Shown: positions 1 to 9,710, numbered from the whole stretch's first letter. The stretch is DNA of 63,951 nt, filler included, from an uncultured bacterium (GCA_964637655.1; 4 parts of 4 records of this genome joined end to end with filler, not necessarily neighbours in it); one strand, 5' to 3'. A program made the numbers and translations. Notes: generated by a model from the sequence alone, not told the origin.

Positions 1-427
1 CGCCATGGTTCTTGATGACCGTCACGCGCAGGTGGCGGGTCGGAATGGCCGGCAGCAGGAAGGTCTGCCACCCCTCACGCGCCTCGATTTCGACGGTGCG
101 CGCCTCCCACCAGTTGATATCGCCTTCGGGCATGGTCTCGAGGCGCAGCACACGCGCGCAGATGCCCGTGTCATGTCCCGCGGGGACCATGACGCGGATG
201 CCGCCGATGATGACGGGGCGGTCCCACGCGAACTGGAAACGGTGCGGGCGGCGGTCACCCGGCGCATTGCTCCACGCGGTGACGGGATTCCCGTCGTACA
301 TCGCGCGCACGCCGGTAAGGCCGCCGATGGCGGAGGTCCAGGTGTCGACAGTCGCCATGGTCAGCAGGTTCTCCGCCCGCGCCGTTCCCGCCACCAGCAA
401 CAGCATCAGGCATACCGCTCTCACCAC
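1..427 (-). CDS. Secreted discoidin/F5-8 type C-like domain protein, 3' end runs off the window
   Basis: My translation (not in the ORF track): MVRAVCLMLLLVAGTARAENLL...AMYDGNPVTAWS...WQTFLLPAIPTRHLRVTVIKNHG. Signal peptide followed by a discoidin-like pattern (DG..T.W, R.LR.T). Confidence 0.6.
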   Translation of the reverse strand, partial: MVRAVCLMLLLVAGTARAENLLTMATVDTWTSAIGGLTGVRAMYDGNPVTAWSNAPGDRRPHRFQFAWDRPVIIGGIRVMVPAGHDTGICARVLRLETMPEGDINWWEARTVEIEAREGWQTFLLPAIPTRHLRVTVIKNHG

Positions 428-544
428 AGAGCACACAGAGAACGCGGAGCGTCTCCTCCCGCGCGTATCGTTCACGCCTTTTCCCCGACAGCCGGAATCA
501 CGCTCCGCCGCATGCCCTCTGTGTGCTCTGCGTGCTCTGTGGTG
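422..544. repeat. REP/REPIN-like inverted pair (CACCACAGAGCACACAGAG family)
   Basis: 422-449 caccacagagcacacagagaacgcggag is an imperfect inverted copy of 517-544 ctctgtgtgctctgcgtgctctgtggtg. Confidence 0.75.
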
Positions 545-560
545 CAAGCCGTTGCAAGGG

Positions 561-1493
561 TCATGCGGGGGGCTCGAGGTGGCGGTAGACCGCGGTAAAC
601 AGTTCGCTGACCGCGGCGGCATCGTGCTGCAGGTCGGCCCAGTCATAGCGCTGGCTGAAAAGATGCGTGCGCAACTGCTCGCGCCCGACGGCGATTTCGC
701 GTACGTCGTCCTGCATGTCGCCGGTGACGACAGGTGCGGCCGCATAGCGGGCGGGCACCTCGAGCAGCGCCATGGTATCGTCGTAGACCTCGCGCAGGGT
801 GATGGACCGCTGCTGCAGCGACAGTTCCTGCTGCAGGCACCCGGTGAGCGCGGTGGCCACTTCGCCCGGGTCGAGCCCGAGCCCCGCGAGGCGCGCGACA
901 TCAAAGACATGCTTGAGGCGCTGCCCCTCTTTCCCCTTGCCGAAGGGAATGCCCAGCGTGCGCGGCCCGAGGGTGAGCAGCTTGTCGCCGGCCAGCCCGG
1001 CAGGGGTGGCCACCTCGGTCGTCGCACTGCTGCGGTAGAGGTCGCCGCAGGCGACCGGTTTCATCTGCCCCGGGTAGGGGGCGGAATGGAGGATACAGTC
1101 GAGCATGATGAACGACTGGTTCTCTTGCTGGAAGAGCGGACGGTAGAAAATCTCGAAACTGGACAGCGGCAGCCACGGCTTGGTCTTGTGCTGGCGGTGC
1201 ACCCAGCGGGTGAACACCCCCTGCCCGTCAGCGACGGCAGCGACCGCCTCGATGATGCGCGAGCGCGATTCCGCGGTGGCGATATCGACATCGATGGAGA
1301 GACGCTGCGGTTTATCCAGCAGCAGGAGTTGCGAGTTGCCCCCCTTGAAACGGTAGCGGAGCCCCGCGCGGCCCAGTGCCGCCACCAGTTCGAGGCAGTG
1401 CACCGCCTGCTCGGCCAGCACCGGCCCGATGCTGCCGCGCACCTTCTCGATATGCCGTTTCGTGAACTGCCCGCTGTCACCGACTGTCTTCAT
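561..1493 (-). CDS. AbiEii/AbiGii-family nucleotidyltransferase (type IV TA toxin-like)
   Basis: FKGGNS, RLSIDVDI, DKLLT and RLKHVFDV match the AbiEii (DUF1814) motif order. Confidence 0.75.
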   Translation of the reverse strand: MKTVGDSGQFTKRHIEKVRGSIGPVLAEQAVHCLELVAALGRAGLRYRFKGGNSQLLLLDKPQRLSIDVDIATAESRSRIIEAVAAVADGQGVFTRWVHRQHKTKPWLPLSSFEIFYRPLFQQENQSFIMLDCILHSAPYPGQMKPVACGDLYRSSATTEVATPAGLAGDKLLTLGPRTLGIPFGKGKEGQRLKHVFDVARLAGLGLDPGEVATALTGCLQQELSLQQRSITLREVYDDTMALLEVPARYAAAPVVTGDMQDDVREIAVGREQLRTHLFSQRYDWADLQHDAAAVSELFTAVYRHLEPPA

Positions 1494-1512
1494 GCCGCAC
1501 CTGCTGCCTTTC

Positions 1513-2910
1513 TCAGTTGTAATTCCCCAGATTGAACCCGCACCACGGCTTGAGGCAGAAGCCCTTCTCCTGATGCGACACGCAATTCAGGTCCGCCTTC
1601 TTGTCCAGGCCCGTGGCGATGAGTCCCGCAAACATGCGGATGTAGAAGGTGGCGCGGGTCGCCTCGTCGTAGCGTTCCCAGTCCTCGCTCCAGTTGTGCT
1701 GCGTCTCGTTGTACTTGCTCCAGACGATGCCGGCGATGTCGCGCGGATGCCAGCCCCACTTGAGCATCACCCGCGTCAGCATCTGCAGGTTGGTCGGCTT
1801 GAGCAGGTGCGGGTTGGGCACCTCGAGCGCGTAGCGCACGCAGGGGGGCAGCGCCTGCAGGTCGAGTTTGCCGAGCAGCGTGCGGCGTTCCTGCGGCGAG
1901 GCGAAGTGGCGGCTGTCAAAATGCCGGTGGAATTTTGCCAGCGCGCTGTTCGTATACTCCTTGACGATGCCCATGAACTCCTTGGAGTAGACGGGCATGG
2001 TGCAGGACAGTCCGGCCGCGTAATCGGCCGCGTCGCGGAAATGGCGGCGCAGGTGCATGATCTGCGTCAGGTTGAGGATGGTGCGCGGGATGGTGATCTG
2101 CACGGGAATGCTGCGCGCGATTTTCTCCCCGACCTTGTAGACCTGCACCTTGTGCTTCTGGTGGGTCGAGAACGCGCACCGGATATCGCGCATGTAGACG
2201 GGATCGCCGAAGGCGGAGAGGTCGAGCGACACCGCCTCGCGCCCGTGTTCCCCGGGCCCGACGGCAACATCGGTGATGACCAGCGGCAGGTTCGTCACCA
2301 GGCGGCACTCGTGCATGATCTTGTGGGTGAGGTACTCCATCACCCGCCCGAGCCCGTCGTAGGCCTTGCCGTATTCGTAGGAGACATAGCGGTGGCGGCG
2401 TCCCGAGGAGATGCCGTACTTGGTTTCGAGCGCCTCGTTGAGATGCCCGATCCGGGTCAGTTCGTCATAGGTTTCCGTGTCGCGGCGGATGCGCCAGACG
2501 AAATGGTAGCCCTGCCCGGTGACGAGCACCAGCGGGCGGATGCCGTAGCCGGCGAGCACTTCCATGACCTTGCTGTAGACCGGCTCGAGGCGGCGGAAGA
2601 TGGCGAGCGGCTCGAGGTAGATCTCCCCGCCGAAATCGAGGTTGAAGTACTCGATGTCCATGACGACGACGAGCGAGCGCTTGTCCCACAGCGAGCGGAA
2701 GACATCGAGCCCCTTGCGCAGGATCCAGTCGAACCCCTCATTGGGCGAGGAAATGACCGCGTCGTCGTTCCCCTTCCACGTCAGGTATTCGCCGTAGCCG
2801 ACGAGATACTCCGCGGTGAAGGTCTGCACGTCCTCGGAATGCCCGCCGCAGTACTCGACCATGCGCGCGCGCACGTGCTGGTTGCGGTAATAATCGACCT
2901 GGTTGAGCAT
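1513..2910 (-). CDS. Putative archaeo-eukaryotic primase (AEP) domain fused to a PriL-like Cys-rich C-terminal domain
   Basis: ATG at 2910 after GAGGAG. VMDIEY (motif I DxE), VTGQGYHF (motif II), DLSAFGD (motif III region); C-terminal LPPCV...NCVSHQEKGFCLKPWC. Confidence 0.55.
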   Translation of the reverse strand: MLNQVDYYRNQHVRARMVEYCGGHSEDVQTFTAEYLVGYGEYLTWKGNDDAVISSPNEGFDWILRKGLDVFRSLWDKRSLVVVMDIEYFNLDFGGEIYLEPLAIFRRLEPVYSKVMEVLAGYGIRPLVLVTGQGYHFVWRIRRDTETYDELTRIGHLNEALETKYGISSGRRHRYVSYEYGKAYDGLGRVMEYLTHKIMHECRLVTNLPLVITDVAVGPGEHGREAVSLDLSAFGDPVYMRDIRCAFSTHQKHKVQVYKVGEKIARSIPVQITIPRTILNLTQIMHLRRHFRDAADYAAGLSCTMPVYSKEFMGIVKEYTNSALAKFHRHFDSRHFASPQERRTLLGKLDLQALPPCVRYALEVPNPHLLKPTNLQMLTRVMLKWGWHPRDIAGIVWSKYNETQHNWSEDWERYDEATRATFYIRMFAGLIATGLDKKADLNCVSHQEKGFCLKPWCGFNLGNYN

Positions 2911-2921
2911 CGTCTCTCTCC

Positions 2922-3653
2922 TCAGCCGCCCAGCGGCTCGGTAAAGTTCCACACCCGCAGCGCTTCGCCCGGCCGCCCGATTTTCAGGATAAGCGCCACC
3001 TCACTGCCGTCCTGAAACCAGTCGACGCGCACGCGGTGCGTGCCGCGGCTGAGGGCAACCGTCGCGGTCTTCGCCACCGGTCCGTGACTGCCATCGTTGT
3101 CAATGACCGGCACATCGTCGATATACAGCCGCGACCCGTCATCCGACGTCAGTTCGATGACCCAGGTGTCGGTGGCAGTCGCGGTGAACGTGCCGGTGTA
3201 CTGGATGGCGAAATCGCTGGAGGCATAGCCGAAGGGCTGCATGTTGCGCGGGCGCTGCTTCGGCACGTTGAGTCCCGGGGTGTAGAGCAGCGTCGCGTGC
3301 GGGGTGAGCGTGCTGAAGTCAGGCAGCACGTCCTGGCTGCGGTTGATGCGGTAGAAACGCCCGACCAGCCAGCCGCGATGCCGCCCCGTGTTGCCGAAGA
3401 GCGTGGCCACCCCGGTGTCCTCGTCAGGCAGTTCGTTCGCGCCGGCCAGCAGGCCGGCGGCCGGGGTGAAGAGCACCTGCGCCACCTCCTCGCGATTGAA
3501 CCTGATCTCCCGCCCCTTCTGCTGCAGCGTCAGGGTGGCGGCATCCATCCCCGCGACAATCCCCTGGTAGGCGGTCTCGTCCCACAGCACCACCACGTCA
3601 GCTGCCGCCGCAGTCGCCAGCAGCAGCACCAGCCCCGTCAACAGTATGCGCAT
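2922..3653 (-). CDS. Secreted PA14 domain protein
   Basis: Signal peptide; LTSDDGSRLYIDDVPVIDNDGSHG is the PA14 signature. Confidence 0.85.
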   Translation of the reverse strand: MRILLTGLVLLLATAAAADVVVLWDETAYQGIVAGMDAATLTLQQKGREIRFNREEVAQVLFTPAAGLLAGANELPDEDTGVATLFGNTGRHRGWLVGRFYRINRSQDVLPDFSTLTPHATLLYTPGLNVPKQRPRNMQPFGYASSDFAIQYTGTFTATATDTWVIELTSDDGSRLYIDDVPVIDNDGSHGPVAKTATVALSRGTHRVRVDWFQDGSEVALILKIGRPGEALRVWNFTEPLGG

Positions 3654-3663
3654 CGTACTCCTC

Positions 3664-4632
3664 CTACTGCGCCATGGCGCGTGCTTCCGGCGTAATGGTC
3701 AGGCCGATGGCCTGCGCTGCCGTATCGTTGAACGCCCCGGCGCGACCGGCCAGTTCGACAATCGGCATGGTCGCGGGGTTCTCGCCACGCAGCACGCGGG
3801 CAAGCATTTTCCCGCCCGCTTCGCCCACCGCGGTCCAGCCGATGCCGAGCGCTGCCGTCGCCCCGCGCGGCACGTACTCCGGGTCATTGAGCACCAGCGG
3901 GATGCGCGCGTCGCGCGCGGTCTTGATGATGGCGTCGAGCGACTGGATGGCGGTATTGTCGCCGGTGATCCAGATGCCCTGCACGCCGCGTGCGATCAGC
4001 GCCTGCGCCGCCTGCATCACTTCGTTGGTATTGTTGGCCGCGACCGCTTCGAGCGTCACGCCGCTGCCCGCCAGCGCCTGCTCCGCCACCCCGATCGCCT
4101 TGACCGAGTTGGGCTCCGCGGGATTGTAGATGGTGCCGAGCTTCGTCGCCTGCGGCACCAGCAGGCGCATGAACTTCATGGTGTCAGCCACCGGCGGAAA
4201 CGACGCGATGCCGGTGAAATTCGGCTTGTGCTCGGTCAGCGAGGTGCCGACCCCCGCCCCGAGCGGATCGTAGGTGTAACAGAAGACCACGTTGGTGGTC
4301 CGTACCGTGTTGGCCGCTCCGGCCACGCAGGGGGTCGACATCGGGATGATGGCATCGATTCCCTGGGACTCGAGCGACTGCATGATCGGTGCGATGTTGG
4401 CGATTTCGCCGGCCGCGTGCTTGCGGATCAGCGTCAGGTTTTCTCCCTCGACAAACCCTTCTGCCGCGAGACCAGTCACGATGCCGCTGATGCAATTGTC
4501 GCACGCCTCGTCCGGCCCGAAATAAACGATCCCCACCGTTTTGTGTCCCGCGCCGCCGGTGGTCGCCGGTTGCGTGTCGCCACCGCAGCCGACCAGCATG
4601 AGCATGCCCAGCAGCAGCCAGAAGAATTTCAT
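3664..4632 (-). CDS. ABC transporter substrate-binding lipoprotein (ABC_sub_bind family)
   Basis: Lipobox LVGC; DPLGAG, GTIYNPAEPNS and IWITGDNT motifs. Confidence 0.88.
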   Translation of the reverse strand: MKFFWLLLGMLMLVGCGGDTQPATTGGAGHKTVGIVYFGPDEACDNCISGIVTGLAAEGFVEGENLTLIRKHAAGEIANIAPIMQSLESQGIDAIIPMSTPCVAGAANTVRTTNVVFCYTYDPLGAGVGTSLTEHKPNFTGIASFPPVADTMKFMRLLVPQATKLGTIYNPAEPNSVKAIGVAEQALAGSGVTLEAVAANNTNEVMQAAQALIARGVQGIWITGDNTAIQSLDAIIKTARDARIPLVLNDPEYVPRGATAALGIGWTAVGEAGGKMLARVLRGENPATMPIVELAGRAGAFNDTAAQAIGLTITPEARAMAQ

Positions 4633-4645
4633 CGTTGTTCTCCGT

Positions 4646-5458
4646 TCATACATACTGTTCCTGTAGTAACGCCGCCACTGACTCGTCAACGCGGTCGCGG
4701 CGGCGCAGGGTATCGAAACGATTGAGCAGGTCGCTGACGCGCAGGCGCTGTTTTTCCGCCCCCTGCAGGTCGCAGGCGATCTCCCCGCGGTGCATCATGA
4801 TCAGCCGGTCGCCGAGATTGACGGCCTGCGCCATCGAGTGCGTCACCATCAGCGTCGTCAGTTTTTCGCGCGTGACGATCTCCGCGGTGAGCCGGATGAC
4901 CTGCTCGGCGGTGCGCGGGTCAAGCGCCGCGGTATGCTCGTCGAGCAGCAGCAGGTCGGGGCGCCGCCAGGTCGCCATCAGCAGCGTCAGCGCCTGCCGC
5001 TGCCCCCCCGAGAGCGAGCCGATGCGGTTGTCGAGCCGGTCCTCGAGCCCCATATTGAGCGCACGCACGCGGTCGCGCAGCTGCGCGCGCAGTTTCGCCG
5101 GGATGCCCCAGCCGAGATTGCGCCGCCGCCCGCGCCGCGCCGCCAGCGCGAGGTTCTCGGCGATGCTCATGTCCGGCGCCGTCCCCGAAAAGGGATTCTG
5201 GAAGACGCGCCCGACCAGCCGCGCGCGGCGGTGCTCACCCCACTCCGTGATATCGTGCCCGGCCAGCGTAATGCGCCCCGTGTCGGGGAGGAACGTCCCC
5301 GCCACCGCGTTCTGCAGCGTCGACTTGCCCGAGCCGTTGGTGCCGATAACGACGAGGAAATTGCCGTCCGCGACGGTCAGGTCGATGCCGCGCAGGGCGC
5401 GCACCTCGTTGGGCGTCCCCGGATTGAACGTCTTATGCACCCCGCGCAGTTCAAGCAT
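4646..5458 (-). CDS. ABC transporter ATP-binding protein
   Basis: TFNPGTPNE, Walker A GTNGSGKST, LSGGQRQ, LLDEHTAALDP. Confidence 0.95.
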   Translation of the reverse strand: MLELRGVHKTFNPGTPNEVRALRGIDLTVADGNFLVVIGTNGSGKSTLQNAVAGTFLPDTGRITLAGHDITEWGEHRRARLVGRVFQNPFSGTAPDMSIAENLALAARRGRRRNLGWGIPAKLRAQLRDRVRALNMGLEDRLDNRIGSLSGGQRQALTLLMATWRRPDLLLLDEHTAALDPRTAEQVIRLTAEIVTREKLTTLMVTHSMAQAVNLGDRLIMMHRGEIACDLQGAEKQRLRVSDLLNRFDTLRRRDRVDESVAALLQEQYV

Positions 5459-6509
5459 GGGCCACCTGCTTGCGCCGCGCGCGCAGCGCCTGCGGAATGA
5501 CGAGCGCGACAAAGACGAAAACCGCGGTGACGAGTTTCAGGTCGTTGGGGTCCATCCCCCAGCGCAGGGCGAGGGCGACCATCTCGCGGAAGATGACCGA
5601 ACCGAAAACCGCGCCCGTCAGCGCGTAGCCGAAGGCGCTGCTGCCTACCAGTGCCTCGCCGATGATGACACTCGCCAGCCCCCAGACAACCATGCCGATG
5701 CCCATCTGCACATCGGCGAAGCCCTGGTACTGTGCGAGCAGCGCCCCCGAGAGCGCGATGAGCGCGTTGGAGAGCGCGAGCCCGAGCACGATCATCAGGT
5801 CGGTATTGACCCCGAGCGCGGTGATCATCTGCGGGTTGTTTCCTGTCGCGCGCATCGCGGTCCCCAGGTCGGTGCGCAAAAACAGGTAGAGCGCGCCGGT
5901 GGCGCCCACCGCCACTACGAGCATCAGCCCGAGCATCACCACGTCGCGGGACGGCGCCTCCCACCCTGCAAGGTTGACGCGTTCCGCCCCGGTCCACGCC
6001 GTGCCCCACTCCTCCGCCCACGAGGCCACGGTGCGGTCGTTGAGCAGCGGGACATTGCTTTTGCCCATGATGTGCAGGTTGAGCGAGTAGAGCGCAGTCA
6101 TCACGAGGATGCCGGCGAGCAGGCCATTGATGCCGAGTTTGAGGTGCCGGCGGTGCGCGACGACGCCGAAGACGACGCAGAGCACCACCGCGGTAATCGC
6201 CGCCGCCAGCGCGCCGCCCCCGCCGATGAGCACGCCCGCCCCCGCCGCCGCCCCGAGGCCGATGGCGGCGTTGGTGTGGACGACCCCGGTGAGCGCGCCG
6301 GCCACGAAGCCCGCCAGTGTCGCCGCCAGCGTCGCCGCCAGCGGGTTCCAGCCGCCGGTGATGAGGATGGCCGCCACTGCCGCCCCGAGCGTGATGGATC
6401 CGTCGGCGGTGATATCGGCGAAATTGAAGATGCGGAAACTGATATAGACCCCGAGCCCGAGCAGGGCGAGGATGAGTCCCATGGTGAGTGAGCCGAGCAG
6501 CAGCGTCAT
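5451..6509 (-). CDS. ABC transporter permease
   Basis: GVYISFRIFNFADITADGS, MRATGNN, QYQGFADVQMGIG; multiple TM segments. Confidence 0.93.
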   Translation of the reverse strand: MTLLLGSLTMGLILALLGLGVYISFRIFNFADITADGSITLGAAVAAILITGGWNPLAATLAATLAGFVAGALTGVVHTNAAIGLGAAAGAGVLIGGGGALAAAITAVVLCVVFGVVAHRRHLKLGINGLLAGILVMTALYSLNLHIMGKSNVPLLNDRTVASWAEEWGTAWTGAERVNLAGWEAPSRDVVMLGLMLVVAVGATGALYLFLRTDLGTAMRATGNNPQMITALGVNTDLMIVLGLALSNALIALSGALLAQYQGFADVQMGIGMVVWGLASVIIGEALVGSSAFGYALTGAVFGSVIFREMVALALRWGMDPNDLKLVTAVFVFVALVIPQALRARRKQVAHA

Positions 6510-6576
6510 GATGTCACCGCCACGACGCGGCAGTCAGCCATGGAGCACACGGAAGCCGCACCGGCACTGCAGGGCT

Positions 6577-7743
6577 TCACCGGGACAACTCCAGCGGGGC
6601 AGTCCACAGCGCGCCGCGGATGAATTCGCTTTCGCCCACCCCGGTCAAGTCCCGCGCATCACGCAGCAGGTGGAGTACCGCCTGCGCCTCCTGCTGCGCG
6701 AAAAGGGTGCGCACTGTGTCCCCGAAGTCGAGTTTGCCCGCCGCCAGCGGCTTGTAGGAGAACGCCACCGCGTGGCAGTGGGCGAGGATGCCCTCCGCGT
6801 AGGGGCGCAGCAGCGGGGCCAGCGGGCCGGCTGCCGGCGCGTCGCGCGCCACCACCCCGACGGCAAGTATGGTGCCGCGCTCGCAGGCGCGGTCGACGGT
6901 GTAACTGATGCTGTCGCGCACCGCGGGAAAGTCGAGGTCGGGCGCGGCGAGTGCCGGGGAGCGGCGCAGCGCGGCCCCGACCAGGCCCGCCGATTCCGCA
7001 ATCAGCGCGAACCCGGCCACCGGGACCGGTGCGAGCACCTCGCGCAGCAGCGTGCCGAGCGCCACCGGCGTACCCGCGCCGCCGCTGAAACGCGTCTGCC
7101 GCGCGAACGGCCCCTGCAGCGTGACCCCGTACAGCACCGTGACAGCGGGAACAAAGGCGGCGTCGCCCGCCAGATAATCGGGCACATCGCCGCCATCGGT
7201 GGGGAGGTAGACCGCCGCCCCGCCCGCGGCAAGATACTCGCCGTAGCGCTCGCGGCATTCGTCATGCGTCGTCCCGAAGGCGCCGAGGCCGAAGCCGATG
7301 GTCCCGTCCGGATACGGTTCAGTGCGCGCGTCCGCTGCCGCGTAGGCGCCGGGCGTACCGCTGACCCGCACCTGCAGCCGCGCGTCCGCCTGCAGGACGA
7401 AATCCGTGCCGGCACTGCCGGCGGCAGCGGCCGGCGGCACCACCGCCAGCAGGCGATCGAGTCCGCTCATGGCGAAGACCGCGCGGATGCGCTCGCTCAT
7501 GCCGCGCATGCCGAGTGTGCCGCCGATGCCGCGCAGTTCCTTGAGCGCGCGCATGACCACGCGGATGCCCGCGGAACTGACATACTCCAGCCCGGCCGCG
7601 TCGAGCACCAGCTGGCGCGCACCGCCGCGGATGCTCTCCGCCAGCTCGTTGTCCAGTTGCGCCGCCCAGTAGGCATCGAGGCGGCCGGCGACAGTCAGGA
7701 CGAGGGCGCCGTCAGGTGTCGTGGCGCGCGTGATGGTCAGCAT
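6577..7743 (-). CDS. STAS (anti-anti-sigma) domain protein with a ~280-aa C-terminal extension
   Basis: N-terminal GRLDA...LEYVSSAGIRV...VFAMSGL is a STAS domain with the phospho-acceptor Ser. Confidence 0.8.
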   Translation of the reverse strand: MLTITRATTPDGALVLTVAGRLDAYWAAQLDNELAESIRGGARQLVLDAAGLEYVSSAGIRVVMRALKELRGIGGTLGMRGMSERIRAVFAMSGLDRLLAVVPPAAAAGSAGTDFVLQADARLQVRVSGTPGAYAAADARTEPYPDGTIGFGLGAFGTTHDECRERYGEYLAAGGAAVYLPTDGGDVPDYLAGDAAFVPAVTVLYGVTLQGPFARQTRFSGGAGTPVALGTLLREVLAPVPVAGFALIAESAGLVGAALRRSPALAAPDLDFPAVRDSISYTVDRACERGTILAVGVVARDAPAAGPLAPLLRPYAEGILAHCHAVAFSYKPLAAGKLDFGDTVRTLFAQQEAQAVLHLLRDARDLTGVGESEFIRGALWTAPLELSR

Positions 7744-7750
7744 GATGGCC

Positions 7751-9682
7751 TCAACCGATAATCTCTGACGCCTGCTGCCGCAGGCCGGGCGGAATGCTCA
7801 GCCCGAGCGCCTGCGCCGTCGCCAGGTTGAGCAGCATAGCACTTTTCTGCACCGCCGTAAACGGGATGCGGGCGGGCGCTTCTCCGCGGAGTACTCGCCC
7901 GGCCAGCAGGCCGGTGGCATGACCGCTCGACTCGTAATCGCGGGCCAGCACGACGACCGCTCCTTCGCGGATGTTCTTTGACGCCACGCCCAGCAGCGGG
8001 ATACGCGCCGCCGCCGCCGCCTGCCCGATGGCGGTGAAACAGGCGTCGTTGAGATTGTCGGCGATCTGCACGATGGCGTCGGGACGCCGCGCCACCAGGG
8101 CCCGCGCCGCATCAGTCACTTCCGCCGCGGTGCTGACCCCCACGCTGATGAAGGTCATACCCGCCGCGCGCAGCGCCGCGCGCTGCCGCTGCTCGTTGAC
8201 GACGGAGTTCAGTTCGCCGGGGGTGTAGAGCGTGCCGCAGGTCTGCGCCTGCGGCAGCAGGGCGCGCACGAGTTGCGCCACCCCGGCGTAGTCGCAGACG
8301 GTGTAGATCCCGGTGACGTTGGGCGCGTGTTCGGTCAGCGAGGTGCCCGCCCCCGCGGCGACCGGGTCAGCGACATACGTGAAGAGCACGGGGACGCGGG
8401 TCAGGTGCTGCAGCGCCGCCTGCAAGGTCGGGGTGGAGAGGGTGATGACCGCGTCGGGCGGGTTTGACGCCACGCCCGCGATAATGGTGTTCAGCGTCGC
8501 CATGTCGCCCTGCGCCGATTGTTCGGTCACGGTCAGGACCAGCCCCGTCTCCCGCAGGCCGCGCCGCACCCCGGCCAGCGCCTCTTCCGCTGACGGCGAC
8601 TCGCTGTAACTGACGATGGTAACGCGCCGGGGCGTGCTGTCCGCGGCCGGGGCGCCGCGCGGCTGCAGAACGCCCTGCCGGCGGATGCCGTCAGCGCGGT
8701 CGCGCACCGCCGCGGGAATGCGCCAGCCCGGGGCTTTGCCCAGCATATCCTCGTCGATGAGCAGCTGCGGCGGGGTGACGTCCTCGATGGCGATGCTCGC
8801 GATGTTCCGGCCGAGCAGCACGTCGGCCGCGAGGTTGCCCGTGCGCCGCCCGACTTCAAGGTAGTTCGCCCCGAGGGTGATGAGCGCCCCGTGCCCCATG
8901 TGGTCGGCGTTGTTGGTGAAGAGCGGGAGCCGGGCGTCATGCGCCACGCGGGCGACGACATCGACTGCAACTTCCACCGTGTTGTCGCCGCCGATCCAGA
9001 TTGCCTCGACCCCCTTGCCGGCCAGCGCCAATGCCGCCTCGCCGACCCCGGAGGAATTGTCCACGGTCACCTCGACCAGCTCGATGCCGAGTTCCGCGCA
9101 GATACGCCGCGCCTTCTCCATGCAGGCGGCGCTGCACGCCTCGCCCGGGCACCAGACCGTGCCGACGCGCTTGAGCGCGGGGTTGATCTCGCGCAGCAGG
9201 CGGAAGGTCTTCTCCACCGGCTGGAAGGTGCCGATGCCCGCGAGGTGCGCCGGATGCTTCAGCGGGTCGGCGCGATCGATGCCCACCCCCGCCCCTGCCG
9301 GGTCGGTGACAATGCCAAAGATGTGCTGCGCCCGCCCGTCGCGGTTGGCGTTGGCCACCGTCTGCAGCCCGGGAGTGCTCATGGTGATGACCAGGCGGAA
9401 CCGCCCGTCGCTCACCTGCCGCGCAATGGTGTTGGCCGTGGCGATATCGTTCTCCGCGTTGAACAGCGTCAGAGCGATTTCCTGCCCGTCACGCAGCCCG
9501 CGCGCGTTCAGCGCCTCGCGCGCCCCGCGCACCCCGTCATCCAGCGTCGGGCGCGACGAGTACTGCACGATGGCGACGGGAATCTTCTCCGGGCGCGGGG
9601 CCACCCGCCGGTCCCAGTCCGCAGCGAGCATAATGCCCGCCAGCAGCACCGTCAGCCCGACCGCCAGCCCGAGCCGTCTCAT
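7751..9682 (-). CDS. ABC substrate-binding protein with two tandem ABC_sub_bind domains
   Basis: Both halves contain STP.LQ, DP..AG and DN motifs; N-terminal signal/anchor. Alternative start at 9697 lies inside a repeat. Confidence 0.88.
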   Translation of the reverse strand: MRRLGLAVGLTVLLAGIMLAADWDRRVAPRPEKIPVAIVQYSSRPTLDDGVRGAREALNARGLRDGQEIALTLFNAENDIATANTIARQVSDGRFRLVITMSTPGLQTVANANRDGRAQHIFGIVTDPAGAGVGIDRADPLKHPAHLAGIGTFQPVEKTFRLLREINPALKRVGTVWCPGEACSAACMEKARRICAELGIELVEVTVDNSSGVGEAALALAGKGVEAIWIGGDNTVEVAVDVVARVAHDARLPLFTNNADHMGHGALITLGANYLEVGRRTGNLAADVLLGRNIASIAIEDVTPPQLLIDEDMLGKAPGWRIPAAVRDRADGIRRQGVLQPRGAPAADSTPRRVTIVSYSESPSAEEALAGVRRGLRETGLVLTVTEQSAQGDMATLNTIIAGVASNPPDAVITLSTPTLQAALQHLTRVPVLFTYVADPVAAGAGTSLTEHAPNVTGIYTVCDYAGVAQLVRALLPQAQTCGTLYTPGELNSVVNEQRQRAALRAAGMTFISVGVSTAAEVTDAARALVARRPDAIVQIADNLNDACFTAIGQAAAAARIPLLGVASKNIREGAVVVLARDYESSGHATGLLAGRVLRGEAPARIPFTAVQKSAMLLNLATAQALGLSIPPGLRQQASEIIG

Positions 9683-9707
9683 AAAAAGGGGACACATACC
9701 TTTTTAT
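9681..9707. repeat. AAAAAGGGGACACA-type short repeat/hairpin
   Basis: ataaaaagg-ggacacata-cctttttat hairpin; inverted copies at 11111-11126 and 11956-11987. Confidence 0.7.
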
Positions 9708-9710
9708 TCA

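Noticed and set aside
12-3015. Long plus-strand ORFs (12-1535, 1429-3015) and similar antisense ORFs throughout (e.g. 21792-23759, 31626-33557, 41051-43096)
   Set aside because: Shadow frames of well-supported opposite-strand genes in GC-rich DNA; no motifs.
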